Below are positions 1 to 13,100 of a stretch of 64,000 nt of DNA, one piece after another (position 1 is the stretch's first letter; the number at the start of each line of letters is the position of its first letter). The notes under the pieces are model-generated. The model made no database searches. It was not told where the DNA came from and saw nothing but the letters and a program-made list of their open reading frames with translations. The stretch spans positions 14,817,375 to 14,881,374 of the forward strand of contig OZ316897.1 of the NCBI GenBank assembly GCA_973895155.1, in the 5' to 3' direction. This DNA comes from Marsupella aquatica (lineage: Eukaryota > Plantae > Marchantiophyta). The position numbers and the translations under genes are program-made.

Positions 1-1975
1 GTCCGTCTGGGGGTCCCAACGGTTGACTTTGAGTCCGGCCCTTTTCCATTGACCCAACCAGCCCTCAGCTAGTACAAGTCTTTAGTGTGTGTCATCAGCT
101 TAGCGCCTTGCCTTCGCCAGTGCCACGCCCCATTGCCCACAAGTCCCCCAATGCTAAGTCCTCCCCGGATGACCGTTCCGGGCTTGGACCATAGGGGAGC
201 TCGGCATCAGAGTAAACGACGCTGGAGCTAAGTGTTGAGGTAGTCGAGTTCCGCAACTTGAATAGACCAGTGATGACCAGGATATATATGGAGGTGGCAC
301 ACAAAATTCCAGATGCAAAACCAGAGGGGATGGCTCTAGACCTTGGATTCTACACAAATTGTGATGAACAATCAGCCAGACCATTAAGTATTGATTTCAC
401 TTCCAATTTCTTAACAAATTAATCAGGAATGACAATTTAGTTGCTTGGCAATTACATAGTCTGTTTTAACTTTGAAGGATCATTCACCACATGAGTCACA
501 CATTCAGCAACATGTATGGTTGAATGTCATTTTCAGCAAATTGATCCTCATTGTCAAATGGGTGGATGTAAACTTCTGATTATCCTTGTAACCCTGCTAT
601 TCCCTTTGATACTTGGGGGTTAAACATTGGCCCACTCTACATATAGAGTATTCATTGGGCAGATTTTCTAATGTGATTCCTGCACTAAGCTCTCCAAGGT
701 CACCCCTGCACCTGAATCTCTTTTTCATTGTTTATGCTCTTTCACCCCTGCACCTGAATCTCTTTTCATTGTTTATGCCTACTTCAGCTGTATTTCTTAA
801 CATAAGGGTTGAATTGTTTCAGTCCCCAAAATTTCCCATGTGAGCCTAACAAATTTAGGAAAGCCTTTGGAGTGTAAGATGACTAGCATGAGTCTGACTA
901 CCGTTTTGGGGAGGGATGGCTTACCCCAACAGCCAGCAAACTATTTGAGCCATTTGGCATGGCAACATTATCTCGCCCTCAAGCCACTCGACAAACTTTG
1001 CCAAATGCTCTGGCATGAGTTTCCGATTGTCTCCAATGAGGAGTATCTGTTGTGCTGAAGGGGTGGCATATCTTCCTGACGTGAAGCTTGGTATGAATCC
1101 GGAACAAGGAGCAGCTGCAATGCAAATGCTCCAATTTGCTCAAATACCCTCATCACGTACATGATTGACATGCAATTGTCCATGCTCACAACCTTAAGAA
1201 CAAGACCCAAATCAAATTTTGTGTCACAGTTGCTTGATTGAGAGGGGGAACGCAAGATTTGAAATTGAAGAACATAATTGTCGTGGAGGAAACAACACAT
1301 TTCAAATTTTTTTTCCTGTTATGACAACAGTTGGTGTTTCCACTAGTCGCCAAAATACTTAACCCGACACTTAAACCAAGACCTTCACCTACTGTAGATA
1401 GCGCTCATATAAGTGACCGTGGCACCACTCAATTATATTTAAACTAGCCCTAATTTGATTGAGCCCTAGACTGTTGATGTGGCCCTACTTTCGTGCCATG
1501 ACTTTTGCGGACGGACAACAGGGCCCCACACCCAGATTTCTAATTTTGAGAGGCCCTAATAGTTTGTAAACTCGATTCCTGATTGGTGCCTCTCCTGGGC
1601 CCTTCTCCCAAACGCAAGCGTGCCATTTGAAGAATTCCAAAAGGAGGACATACGACTAGGGGCTTTCGAGGAATCTGGTGGACTTCTGTAATTGCCAACT
1701 AAGGAATTCCAAATGCTCTTATTGGAGGAAAATTGAATCTGCTGGATTTATAAAATATGGACGACGAAGGAATTCCAAATGCTCGTGTTGGACGAAAATT
1801 GATGTGCGGTGGAATAAAAGAATTGAACTTGATTGGAGGAGACTGTTGGTTAATAGAAGGAAAGCAAAGGGTGAAGGTGGTTTGCAGCAATCACGTCATT
1901 CGCCATCTAATTAATCTCTCATCCAAACTTCCGACCGAGTGCATTTTGTTGGGCTGGACGTTTGGGCCGTCACAG

Positions 1976-1981
1976 TATAAA
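1976..1981 (+). promoter_or_regulatory. Putative TATA box of the Kelch gene
   Basis: TATAAA followed by a pyrimidine-rich leader, a donor-like G|GTATGA at about 2279, and an acceptor (CTGAT...TTTTCATCCACAG, ending at 3231) just before the ATG at 3234. Confidence 0.4.
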
Positions 1982-2569
1982 CGTGAGCACTGTGCGTTCA
2001 CATCGTCATTCTCCAGCTCTCGATTGCTTCTATTGCTCGAGCGGTAGAAGTCATTGAGCGCATGCTGTTGTAGCTGTGGTTCGCCGAGCTCAATCGTCTT
2101 CGCCGTGCTCGATCAGTCGATGTAGTTGAGTGGATGCTGTTGTGGCGGTTGTTCGACGAGCTCAATCTTTGCGGTCTCATTTGGAGTAGTTCGTATTTCT
2201 GCGATCGTTCTGGAAACGAAGTGACGGAAGTGATTGCAGCTTAGGGCTTCAGATTCAGTGTCGGGTCACTTCTTTACGGTATGAACGTCTGCTCACCTAT
2301 TTGTTCTGGGCTTAATTCCTTTCCGGAGTCTGTCCTACCGAATAGTCGTCATGTTAAACTTGTGATAATTTTCGGGTTTAGGTTCAACGTTTTTGTTAGT
2401 CACCCTCTTTCTATCTGCTCGATCGGCCATTTCCATCCGTGGCGTCATTCCTTTTATCCAGCTTGTATACTCATTCGTTCAGAGTACACAAGCGGAAATA
2501 TTTCTTGTCAATTCTTAGTTTGCAGACTTAGCTTAGTCAGTTGTCTGATTTCATGTCGCAGGGTTGCAT

Positions 2570-2834
2570 GCTGCTCGGTTTTTCCCGAGTGTTTGAATTG
2601 ACGTCGGTCATTATCTTTCGGGCGCTTTGTCATTGACCCTCAGTTGATCGTAAGTCGGCTGCTCGGTTTCTCCCGAGTGTTTGAATTGACGTTGGTCATT
2701 ATCTTTCGGGCGCTTTGTTATTGACCCTCAGTGATCGTAAGTCGGCTGCTCGGTTTCTCCCGAGTGTTTGAATTGACGTCGGTCATTATCTTTCGGGCGC
2801 GCGCTTTGTCATTGACCCTCAGTTGATCGTAAGT
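2570..2834 (+). repeat. Three tandem copies of an 87-88 bp unit in the Kelch 5' leader
   Basis: Near-identical units start at 2570, 2658 and 2745 (GCTGCTCGGTTTYTCCCGAGTGTTTGAATTGACG...GACCCTCAGTTGATCGTAAGT). Confidence 0.95.
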
Positions 2835-3233
2835 ATTACCTTTCTTCCTTTCTATCGCTCGGTCATTTTCTTACGTGGAGTCATTATTTTGTTTTCGCTT
2901 GTATACTCATTCATTTCATTAGCAAGTCTGACCGTACATTTGGTTGCTAAACCTCGATAGTCAAACTTCAGGGTTTACTTACTTTTTAGCATGGATACAT
3001 TCTTTTTGGGGTCGACAGTCATTTATCCACAGTTGATCGCAGTCTGCAGGTTGAACGTTCTTTCGTTCTGCTTGCGCGGTCAATGTTTTCCAAGCTCTCA
3101 TTATTCATCTTCAGTTTTTGTGTCATGCATTTCCCGGCCTGGGTCTTCTGTGTAAATGTTCTCTTTCGTTGCGAGTTTACTTGATCCTTCATATATCCGT
3201 TGGAAAGTGGCTGATCAATTTTCATCCACAGGA

Positions 3234-4433
3234 ATGGATTCAGGAATGTCTACTTCCGCAGAACCAACCACGCATCCCGCAAAGCGTAAACACACTCGTC
3301 CGGGGATCTTAAGGCAAAAAGTGTCATCAGTCACTAGTGGCCCGGGAGAATCGAGTCGGAGCCGGGGCCAAACCAACGATCCAGCAAGAGGACTCCCAGC
3401 TGGTCAGTATATTGCAGTGCATTATATTCGATCTGGACGTTCCGGTGCGCCAGATGTCCACGCGCTTGGTATGTTCTCCGTCACACATAAACGGAATTGG
3501 TATGATTTGCCGCCGATCCCCTTTGATGGAGGAATCCGTTCAGGATGCCAGTGCATCTCACTCGCCCGCAAGATTTTCGTCTTGGGAGGTGTGATGGAGG
3601 GTCATGTCGCCAGTGGAGAAGTGTTTGTGTACGATCCGATGACAAATGAGTGGGCAAGGTGTGCAAGTATGCTACACCCAAGAATGAATTTCGGTGTTGG
3701 CGTCCTGCATGGACAGATCTACGCGTTTGGTGGTAGGAATCGTCGTAAATCTGTAGTTGAATGCGAGAGGTATGATCCTCAAATCAATTCCTGGCTAAAA
3801 GTATGTGTCATCTTGGACGCTCGAGTGAATCCTCGAGTTGCGGCAGCGGGAGAAAGCTTAACGGTGTTCGGCGGAATAGTTCTGGATGCTGATTACTTGA
3901 ATCCCCAATTCCGTCGGACTCTAGGTAGGGATTCTGAGACTTGGGTGAATTCAATATTTGACGGAGCGGGCCGTAACGAGCCTGGCGGAGACTCTGATGA
4001 CGTGTTTCCATCTACGGTGATGTTTTATCATCCAATACAGAATAGATGGACATGGATGCGGACTGACAAAGGACAGCATTGGAGCGACAGTGTGTTCCTG
4101 GCGCAAGGGGTATTCCATCGGTTGACAAATGCTGGCATTTTTGTACATACCAAAGACTTTGGCTGTGGTGAACTGTCATGGAGTCTTTTGCATTCGTTTC
4201 AGGATGCTGATGAACTCCCCTTTTGGCTTATGTTGCACAAACTCAGTTGTCGCACTCTCCTTCGTGCCGGTGAGCTGTGGATCGTGAGTAGTCCTTCTAG
4301 TGAAGGAATAGCTTGTCTTCTTCGAACCAAAGGCTACGGCAGCCGTAACCCGAAGATTGAGTTGAAGATGGCTCTATGTTTGTCAGGGAAATTTGACGAA
4401 GGTTCTACTATAATTTTTCCTGTAGACTTGTGA
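3234..4433 (+). CDS. Kelch-repeat (beta-propeller) protein, 399 aa, intronless CDS, no recognisable F-box
   Basis: Kelch motifs KIFVLGG...VFVYDPMTNEW, MLHPRMNFGVGVLHGQIYAFGG...ERYDPQINSW and LTVFGG. The ATG at 3234 directly follows a splice acceptor, so the ORF-track start at 3156 (non-ATG-context, in the intron) is probably not used. Confidence 0.85.
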   Translation: MDSGMSTSAEPTTHPAKRKHTRPGILRQKVSSVTSGPGESSRSRGQTNDPARGLPAGQYIAVHYIRSGRSGAPDVHALGMFSVTHKRNWYDLPPIPFDGGIRSGCQCISLARKIFVLGGVMEGHVASGEVFVYDPMTNEWARCASMLHPRMNFGVGVLHGQIYAFGGRNRRKSVVECERYDPQINSWLKVCVILDARVNPRVAAAGESLTVFGGIVLDADYLNPQFRRTLGRDSETWVNSIFDGAGRNEPGGDSDDVFPSTVMFYHPIQNRWTWMRTDKGQHWSDSVFLAQGVFHRLTNAGIFVHTKDFGCGELSWSLLHSFQDADELPFWLMLHKLSCRTLLRAGELWIVSSPSSEGIACLLRTKGYGSRNPKIELKMALCLSGKFDEGSTIIFPVDL

Positions 4434-5024
4434 GACGATGTCGATATCCAGTATGGGGCGAAATCAGTGCATCTCCATCGTCACATACCCACGATTCAAG
4501 AGTGACTTGTTACAACTTCTTGTTTAGTACATTTTGCGCGTTGGCAATAATTGATTAGTCAGAGCAGGCAATAATTGATTAGTCGAAGGAATGTATTCCT
4601 TTTTGGTGTGGGCTGTAGGCAAGGTCATCTTTCTTGTGAAACGATGGCTACATCCAGTTAGGGGCCAAATCAGTGCATCTCCATCGTCACATACCCACGA
4701 TTCACCACTCAGTTGTTACAGCTTGTAGTTCAGAGAATTTTGCGCATTGGCAATAATTGACTACTTAGTCAGAGCAGGCAATGGATTCATCGAAGGAATG
4801 CATTCCTTTTTGGTGTGTGGCTGTAGGCAAGGTCATCTTTCTTGTGAAACGATTGCTACATCCAGTTAGGGGCCAGATCAGTGCATCTCCATCGTCACAT
4901 ACCCACGATTCACTAGTCAGTTGTTCTAGCTTCTAGTTTAGGAAATTTTGCGCATTGGCAATAATTGACTACTTAGTCAGAGCAGGCAATCGATTCATCG
5001 AAGGAATGCATTCCTTTTTGGTGT
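4430..5024 (+). repeat. Three tandem copies of a 206-208 bp unit starting at the Kelch stop codon
   Basis: Units start at 4430, 4636 and 4844 (GTGARACGAT...ATCAGTGCATCTCCATCGTCACATACCCACGATTCA...GAAGGAATGYATTCCTTTTTGGTGT). Confidence 0.95.
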
Positions 5025-5853
5025 ATGAGGTTGTTTTCTTTCTTATTTTGTCTTGAGCTCTGTATATGGCAAATGGGCCCATTTTGAGAGTCAGGGCAAC
5101 TTCTATCGACGATTGTACATTTTTGACATTGCTTCTAATAAAACAATCAACTTCCTATATTGTTAGGGGTACACCAAGAGCATAATTATATCCAGATTTG
5201 TAAGTTGCTGCAGTTTGGTGTCAACTGTGTAGAATTAGTGTAATGTTTGGAGGAAATTCAAACAAGTGCAAGTTGTAATTATTTGTCCTCCCAATTTACA
5301 AACGTTATTTGGTAGGAAACTAAATTGATATTTTACTTACCTTTTTCAATTGGAAATGCATGCTTATTCATTCTCTTTCATTGCAATGATTTCTTATGTG
5401 CAACTAGTGTAGATAAGTCCTTTAGCTAGTGCAATTTTTACAAATAAATCCAATTATAGTGATTATTTTGAAAATGACATCAAATCTAATTTTATCCAAC
5501 AAGTATGGCATCAACAAGAAAATGGTATGTTTTTGAAAATTATTCACAAAAAAACACTTGGTACTATTGCCTTAAGCTAGAGCATTATAAAAAAGATATC
5601 AATAAGAAATGCTTCAGTTCAAGTGAATTTTTGCTAATTATCCAAAAATTAATTAGATTATATCAATTTTTACAGACTAAATTCTAGCAATATAGATAGT
5701 TGACTACAAGGCCATGTACATGTGATTTCCAAGCTGAGTAAAACTCCAGACAAAGGAACAGGTAATAAATTTGTATGTACATACAATCTCTCTAAAAATT
5801 CCTCTAATTATGCAGGACAGAAACCTTCTATAATGTAGATATATATTGAACTA

Positions 5854-7123
5854 CACTCTTTACAGTATTTAGTTTCACACACTTTAATTACTCTGAGGTT
5901 AGATTCGAGGTAAGTGAGGGTAATTAAGGTGTGTGACACTAATATGGTATGACACTAATTATGGTCACAAGTCAAATAGTGTCACACACACAGTTAAGTT
6001 AAAAAAATAGAATGGACAATAGTCAAATTTGCTTATAAAAAATTTTAAACTGTGCATAATATTTGATTACAGGTTACAAAATTTACTACTCAGACAAACA
6101 TTGAGAAAACTTCAGAAATTTATAACTCCTTCCATATACTACTCAAACATTGAGCAAACTTCAAAAATTTATAACTCCTTCTCACATAGCACAAAATTGC
6201 AGTTTGGGGTACTCAACCACATTGAGCAAACAAGACCTCTTCGATTCACTTCTATCAACTATGAATAACACATGCAATCTCACATAAGCTACAACCTATC
6301 CCATGTGTCTCATCCTTGCAAGACGGCGTACAGCCCAAGAGAAGTGGGTTGACTTGGCTCTTCACCTGGTTCACCAACATCAAGAGCCACTTCAACATTA
6401 GCATCAATGTCAAGGTCAACTCGACTCCCTTCAAATTCACTTGATACTTTGCTATAATGATATTTTGAAGCTCAGGTGTAAGTTGTTTTTCAGACTATAC
6501 ACTTTTGACATTTAGAGACAAATCGATATTTATTATTGAATTTGGTCAGTGCATAAGACATTCCATGTCTGTCAACAAAACTGTTCACCTCAACTACAGA
6601 GTCCCTTGCCAATGTCAAAAACCAATGTTTGCTTGGATTTATCAATATCCCAGATATGCAATCCCCAAATTTTTTGGGTCTTCATTTATCATTTTTTGAA
6701 GAGCAGCGAGCATAAGCCAAAGGAGATGCAGATTAATTACCAGTGACTTTTTGACATAGTCTTGATTCTCTTTCCCTTGCTCTAGCAAATTCAGCTATGA
6801 TGGCCAATCCATTCCCGCCATGTTATCGATCTGTCAACCTCCTTCACAAGATTGACAAGCTAAAACATAAAGAAACTTTCTAAGAACATACACACAATGA
6901 AAGAGATGTTGTTGGTAGCCTGGCAAACTTTGGAGTGGGTCCAGTTTAGGGTTACCACCAATAACATTGTCACCTCTAATTATCAATATTTTCAATATAT
7001 TAATTTATTTTTCAAAATTAGGGGGTGGCGGTAAATAGTGTCACTTGGCTGAAAATCAGGGGCTACCCCTAATTAGTGAGTGTGACACTAATTGTTTCAT
7101 GACACTAATTACTGTAAAGAGTG
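5854..7123. mobile_element. Non-autonomous TIR DNA transposon with a TA target-site duplication (Tc1/mariner-like signature)
   Basis: Left TIR CACTCTTTACAGTATTTAGTTTCA versus reverse complement of the right end CACTCTTTACAGTAATTAGTGTCA (22/24). TA flanks both ends (5852-5853, 7124-7125). GACACTAA subterminal motifs repeat at both ends. No intact transposase. Confidence 0.8.
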
Positions 7124-10100
7124 TACTTGAATGACAGCTATGCCATGACAGATGTTACTGGTCAACCTGATTCACGGGTAGATCAAGTCCCCAATCAAGT
7201 GAGACTCTAGTCACTAGTACACCCATCCTGTAATTTCTATGGAAATAAGGACTTTATATGCACAATCACAAAAATTATTCAAATGGAGTCATTTTGAATT
7301 TTATTACGGACCCCCATGAGAAGTCTCCTGCAAATTCCCTGGCAGGACTTGCCATATCAACATTGATGTCAACAAAGAAGACAAAACTGTTTTGCAGAAA
7401 AATAATCCCAGATCCTGTTTGTGGTGAGTTTTCTTTAACAACTAGGACGCCATGCAGTAATTCCTACAAGTAAAAGTGAAATAAAAGTAAATCAAACACA
7501 CAAGAAGACTTCAGTCTTTTCAAACAGTAGCCATTTATTAAAAATATACGATAAATTCTGAATTTTGGCAACAAACCAAAAACAAAAACAAAAAAAACGG
7601 TTCCGTAAGAGTAACCAACTCTGAATTTTGAGTTTTTTTGCTTCTTACATGGCTTCTTGGAATTGTGAAGCCTACTTTGGAAATTGTGGTCGGATAGGAA
7701 GCAGTTGGGTTACTCTGGGTTGGAAGTAATGATGCGGTAGTTTGTTTGTGATCGATGTTCCACTTGAATTTCACTATGGGTTTATGACAACAGCGGCACT
7801 AGAGTTTATGCCCAGCTGCCTGCCTGGATTGAGAACCCAAGCTATGGGGAGCGCCCTGGAGTTACAATAATGTGTCATTGGTAATATCCAATGCTTCTTG
7901 AGAATCGCAACAAGGAGATTTACACTCTTTGTCCATGACGGTGAAACTGAGTATCAATGAATAGTAAAAGCTTTCACATCTCTACAACACAAACATTGCA
8001 AGGTAAAAGTATTGAGTGTCTGCCATGTTTTACAGTTGTGTATATTACACAGGAGATGGGGAGTCTACCACAAAAGAAGTCCCCATCAATAAGCACGGAT
8101 TTTTCCAACAGATTTGGGATGATAATTTGATAGCGACCTCTTAGTGTCTTCTGTTTAGTAAATGTTATGTGAGAGACCAAAAAACCAACTTCAGGTCATA
8201 AGAAACGTGGTCATTTGTGGAAAGCCTTTTTTGAGTAAGTATTCTAAGGAGTATTAAATCTACACTTTTCAAAACTTTTGAAGCATTTTAAGTGACAAAA
8301 TGAAGTCACTTAGAGAAGATGAAGGAATTAAAGCTCTAAAACTGCTTTCACATTGAAGTATCATTTTTAATGGACAACTACTTTTATATTGGAAGAATCG
8401 CTCAGGCATTTTAAGTTGGATTTTGATTCAGGTCATGTTGAAGATAATTAGGTGTACTCATAAAATAATATCAAAATTAACAAACTAGCGTCCTTTTCAA
8501 TCGGCTTTACTAGGACTGACATGTGGAACGCGAACAATGGATAAGTATGATTGTCATGATAGTCTGAATTGAGTGACATCTATTGCTAGTATTTAAAACT
8601 AGTTGAAAGGAGTACTAATAATCACAAGGCACGGTCTAGTTCTGAAATTGTAATCCATTTCTAGCACCCGTCTTTATTGCGAGTTAATTGTCTCTTGCAA
8701 AATCATGCAACTTAGAACAAGCCATGGTACAAGATCGACAACCAGTCCTTTGCAAGAGAACTCTGGCTGAGGTGCATCTAGTAGGAGTTGGAATGCTGAT
8801 TTCTGTCTTCTTCACGTACAAATGGTAGTGTTTGATGTGTCCAAGGCATGACATTGTATTCCTTGAAAAATGAGGAAGCAAGATTAGCTCGATCAAATGA
8901 GACAAATGAGATAAAATGGCTCATCAAGATATTCACTATGAAGAGACACGCTCAACAGAATGCACGTACCTGTCAATTGTAGACTCCCATTCATATATTA
9001 CTTCTGTGTGGTATTAATGTCATCACTCAAGAAGCTGGAGATCATATTATCTGGGCAAGAAAATGTTACCATGGGATGCTCGATGAGATGCTGGAATCTG
9101 TGGTAGCCTTCGATCGTGTACCTCAAAACACGTTGAGTTGCTGCAAGATGGTCGACTGCGGATTAGACATGGGCTTGCTAGAATTGAGCCAGTGAACCAA
9201 TAATACCAAATTGGGACTTGCGTTATCAAATAGTTTGGTTTCCACATTAGAACTAAGGCAAGAACTAAGGCAAGAACAAGTATAACTGATCGTTGGAGCA
9301 GATTTGTCAGAATGGACATCGGCGCCCTCGCTTTCTTGAGCTAACCGTCCTCTAGCTAGAATGCATTAGGCTAACATATAGTCTATTGAACTGCATGTCA
9401 CCGAGAATTCTATCCCATGGTATCGTTTAATGAACCCTAGATCTTTCATTAAACGATGCCATGCATGATTCAACTGTTTCTTTCAGCCTTCGAATCACCG
9501 TAGGCTACGATTTTGTGATCATCAACTCCAGTAGTAGGCAGTTCATCCACATGCGTAACTATGATTACTATCAGTGCACGTTTACTACGAAAAGGTAGGT
9601 TTTGATCAAAATTGCTCCTAGTTTATTCATGAGACCGGAATTCACTATCAATCTGCCTCGCTGTGCTGTAGGTTACTATTTCAGCCCAGGCATATGCTGG
9701 TTAATTGAGTTTCCACGCTACTCTAAGTTATCAAAGTCAACGGCCTCAAAACCCTGGTGTTTGGACTACGCCTACTCATTCTTTGAATCTGATCTTCATA
9801 CAACTCAGCAATGATACTGTCATTATTTTGGTTTTTCATCCTGCCAATAACGACACATCTGTTGACTTTGAGCACTCTGAGTTAGCAATAAAATTCCATG
9901 TCAACTTAAATTGAACATAGCTACAGTAGAACGTACAATATTTTAACCCCTTCACAATATTTAAAGTTTCTCAGGTTTGGTTTGTCTCCCCATAGCTGCT
10001 GCAATGGGGTTGGCAAGATATAACGATGGTATTTGTACCCCCGTGGTTTTCAGCCTAGACAATCTATTCTCACAAGCTAGAAGTCAGGCAGCTCGTCTGG

Positions 10101-13100
10101 AGCTTCATACTTCTGATAGCTTTGAGTAAAGTACATTCCAATCTTCCTTTTCCCACCCTGTTCTGGTCCAGGGACATCACAACAGTGAGCTGACTGCATC
10201 CGTCCCTCTTTCAGATCATAGAGACCTGCCGATCCTCGGAAAGCTTGTACCCGATCAAAATGACTGATGTTGTCCTGGCTGCAGCCAATGTATGTCTGGA
10301 AATACGCACGACAATACTGTCTATATCTTTATAGCACGACCTGACTCTTTGTGGATAGATAGAGTAGACCTAAACCCTGTAGCCCGAAAACCATATAAGA
10401 AGAAAGTTATAGGGAAGGATGTTTACTGGGTTACGTAGACTATGGACACATATTACTAACTTTATTTGTGGGCCTCTAATGCAAAAGCAGGCATGAAGTG
10501 CAGTGTTCAATTTTTTATTCTCCCACTTGGACTTATTGACTTCATCGGGAGCTCAAGCTCTAACTTGGGCATAGTATTTCCGAATATTTTAATTGGTGGG
10601 CTATGGAAATTGTGGATAACCCATGCACTGCAGCTAGCGTGAAATCATACAGGGATTGCTAATCAATACTTGTCTTCTACAGAGAAGAGTACTAATATAT
10701 GACGTTGCGCTGTGGCTTCTGAAGTGTTAGCAAGTTTATTTGCTTGGACGAAGTGCTGTGCAAGCCGCCCGCTGTGAAATCGATATCTTGAAGCGGGTCT
10801 TGAAGCTGACATTTGGGCAATTCCTGATAGGTAACACTAGACAGAATGCCTTTAATTGGTGATATTTAGGATCAGGAAAAATTAATTGGCGTGGAATCGG
10901 TGAACAAAATTTAACGTGAACCTATCACTCCAAGATACAAAAATGGAAGGATCAAGCTGGTTGGAACTCTTAGAAGCGAAACAAATCTCTTTAGATTTTT
11001 ACAGAAACGATTTCAGGCTGAACCAGAAAATTAAGCAAAGGGTTTAGAAAACAAAATTAAAGAAGGTCCTGCACATTACCCTTTCAGATACAGGATATTG
11101 GAGGAGACGGACTCTCCAATTATTCCCTATCCGAGCAGCAGAGAGTGAAGACATATTTACAGAAAGAAAAAAGATCAAGACAACGTTAGACTTTTCATTA
11201 TATATCTTGAGTTCGTTACTGGCTCAAGTAGACAGGGAAAACGTGCAGGTCATAAAACAAATTCTGGAGAATAACCTTTTGGTACATACCGACCGCGAAT
11301 ACATCTCCTGGAACTCGGACTTCATTTCTTTCCTTCTTGGTTCCTTACTTCAGCTTTTGTGAGCAATATCTTCTGTATAGGCAACTGCTCCTTGAAGCGT
11401 TGTAAACTTCTCCAATGTAGACTCGTCAGAAGGAATACCACAAAGTCCTGCTTCATATAGCGGCATACCTTACTAACCCCAAACAACCACAAATTCGACA
11501 ACCACAGAAGGCTGCTTACGACTAGAGAGCTGTTCTTCGGCACCTTTGATCTGAGATACTAATGGCTAAGTTAACAACCGAATGCCCTTTGACGAGACTT
11601 TGGACGTCCTTGTTGAAACGCCAGTGATGGACCTAGCTCGCTGATGGAAAACTTGCAGGAATGAGTTGGTACGTACTATATAACATTTGCTGATCGATTT
11701 GAATGCCATTAATATTTATGAAGTGAATAGGTCTAGGCTGGGTGTTGATCGAAGGCTTGATCACGTACTCTTCCCCGGGAATATCATTCTATAAATACAA
11801 ACATCCTCGAGCAGGGCTTCACTTCATCCCATGCAAGTTAGCACTTGAAAAAGGCATTAACATTTGCCAGAAAGGTCGTCATTCCTCTTGAGAGTAGCAC
11901 ATGAACTTGACAGTGTGGCATTACCTCGGTCATGAAGCAGTCTGACAGAGCTGTATCTGTTTCAGATCCGAATCTGGACATTCTCAAGGTGTTTCTCGGC
12001 GTCCAGATGATGAAAGATGGACAGATTCATCAATTCGGTGCTCCGGAAGCGTTGGTTGGCCTACAAAAGCAAGAATACATTAGCATTTCGAACGAATAAC
12101 TCCTTCATGAAATTTAAAGATGGAGTTGCTTCCTGTACCTTATCAAAGGCATCACATCGCGAAGAACTCCTTCATAAGATTTAGAGATGTAGTTGCTTCC
12201 TATACCTCATCAAAGGCTTCACATAGTGGGTGCGCAACCTGTCAACGTACACAACCATGAATGTGCAAGAAAACGGATGATTGTTTCAGAGAGGGAGAGC
12301 AGGGTTTTGAGTACCTCAGTTTCGATACAAAGTAACAAGAAACAAGTCAACCTCACCTTCCCGCATTATAATAGTCTTGCGGCGTAAACTGGCAAGCTCC
12401 GCCTCGACTGCAGCAATCCGAGTATCAGAGCCGAAGGATCCTGGCGATTCCGTGATCAGCAAACTAACTTAGGGCTGGAGTCACCCGCGCGCATGTCATC
12501 TCATCTACCGATCCCATCCTCTGCAGAGTGCGGCAAGTTTGATCAGAAGATCTACTCGGCCTCGCCGACTGTCTGTCATGGCCATGAGAGGAGCGCTTAC
12601 TATCCAGATCTTCGAGATTCGATTTATTGAGATGCCCAAAAACGTCGTTCGGTGGACAAAACTTCTCACGGGGAATCATAAGTAATTGATTAGTAAGTAG
12701 GACCCTACCTCCATGGTCAGCTAGACGAACATTACGCATTTCCCTAATTTTCTACTAATCCAATCAAGATCTCAGCCACAAAATTCGGTCTAGACAACAA
12801 ATCCTCGCAAAAGTGGGCCGATGCAGGCAGAGGTTAAGGAGTTACATAACCGTTCACAATTTAAAGAGCTTTCTTTCCCACATATTTTATCACGAACTGT
12901 ATATTATTGTTTGTTAATTTTGCACAATCCTCTCAGTTTCTATTTTCGCATCATCTGAATGTTTACCTTCCCTTCCTGTGGATCGCGGGGGTCGCCAAGA
13001 AACTTCGTTCAAGGGTGGGCGACGAGAAAATTGGCCTACCAAAGGAAGGGCAGCAATGCAACGCCACAGAGATGTCATCCATGAACCCGAGGTTTCTCAT

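Noticed and set aside
700-778. Short local duplications (about 42 bp x2 here, about 67 bp x2 at 12100-12225, 18 bp x2.5 at 19543-19583) and simple repeats (poly-G about 22219, poly-C about 22918, (TA)n about 26990, (TAA)n about 62332)
   Set aside because: These are ordinary slippage products with no further structure.
1341-1351. CACTAGTCGCC as the left end of a CACTA element carrying the Kelch gene
   Set aside because: I found no matching right TIR or 3-bp TSD.
11349-11470. Minus-strand peptide GIPSDESTLEKFTTLQGAVAYTEDI, resembling an acyl-carrier-protein C-terminus
   Set aside because: There is no DSL phosphopantetheine motif and there are in-frame stops just upstream; probably chance.
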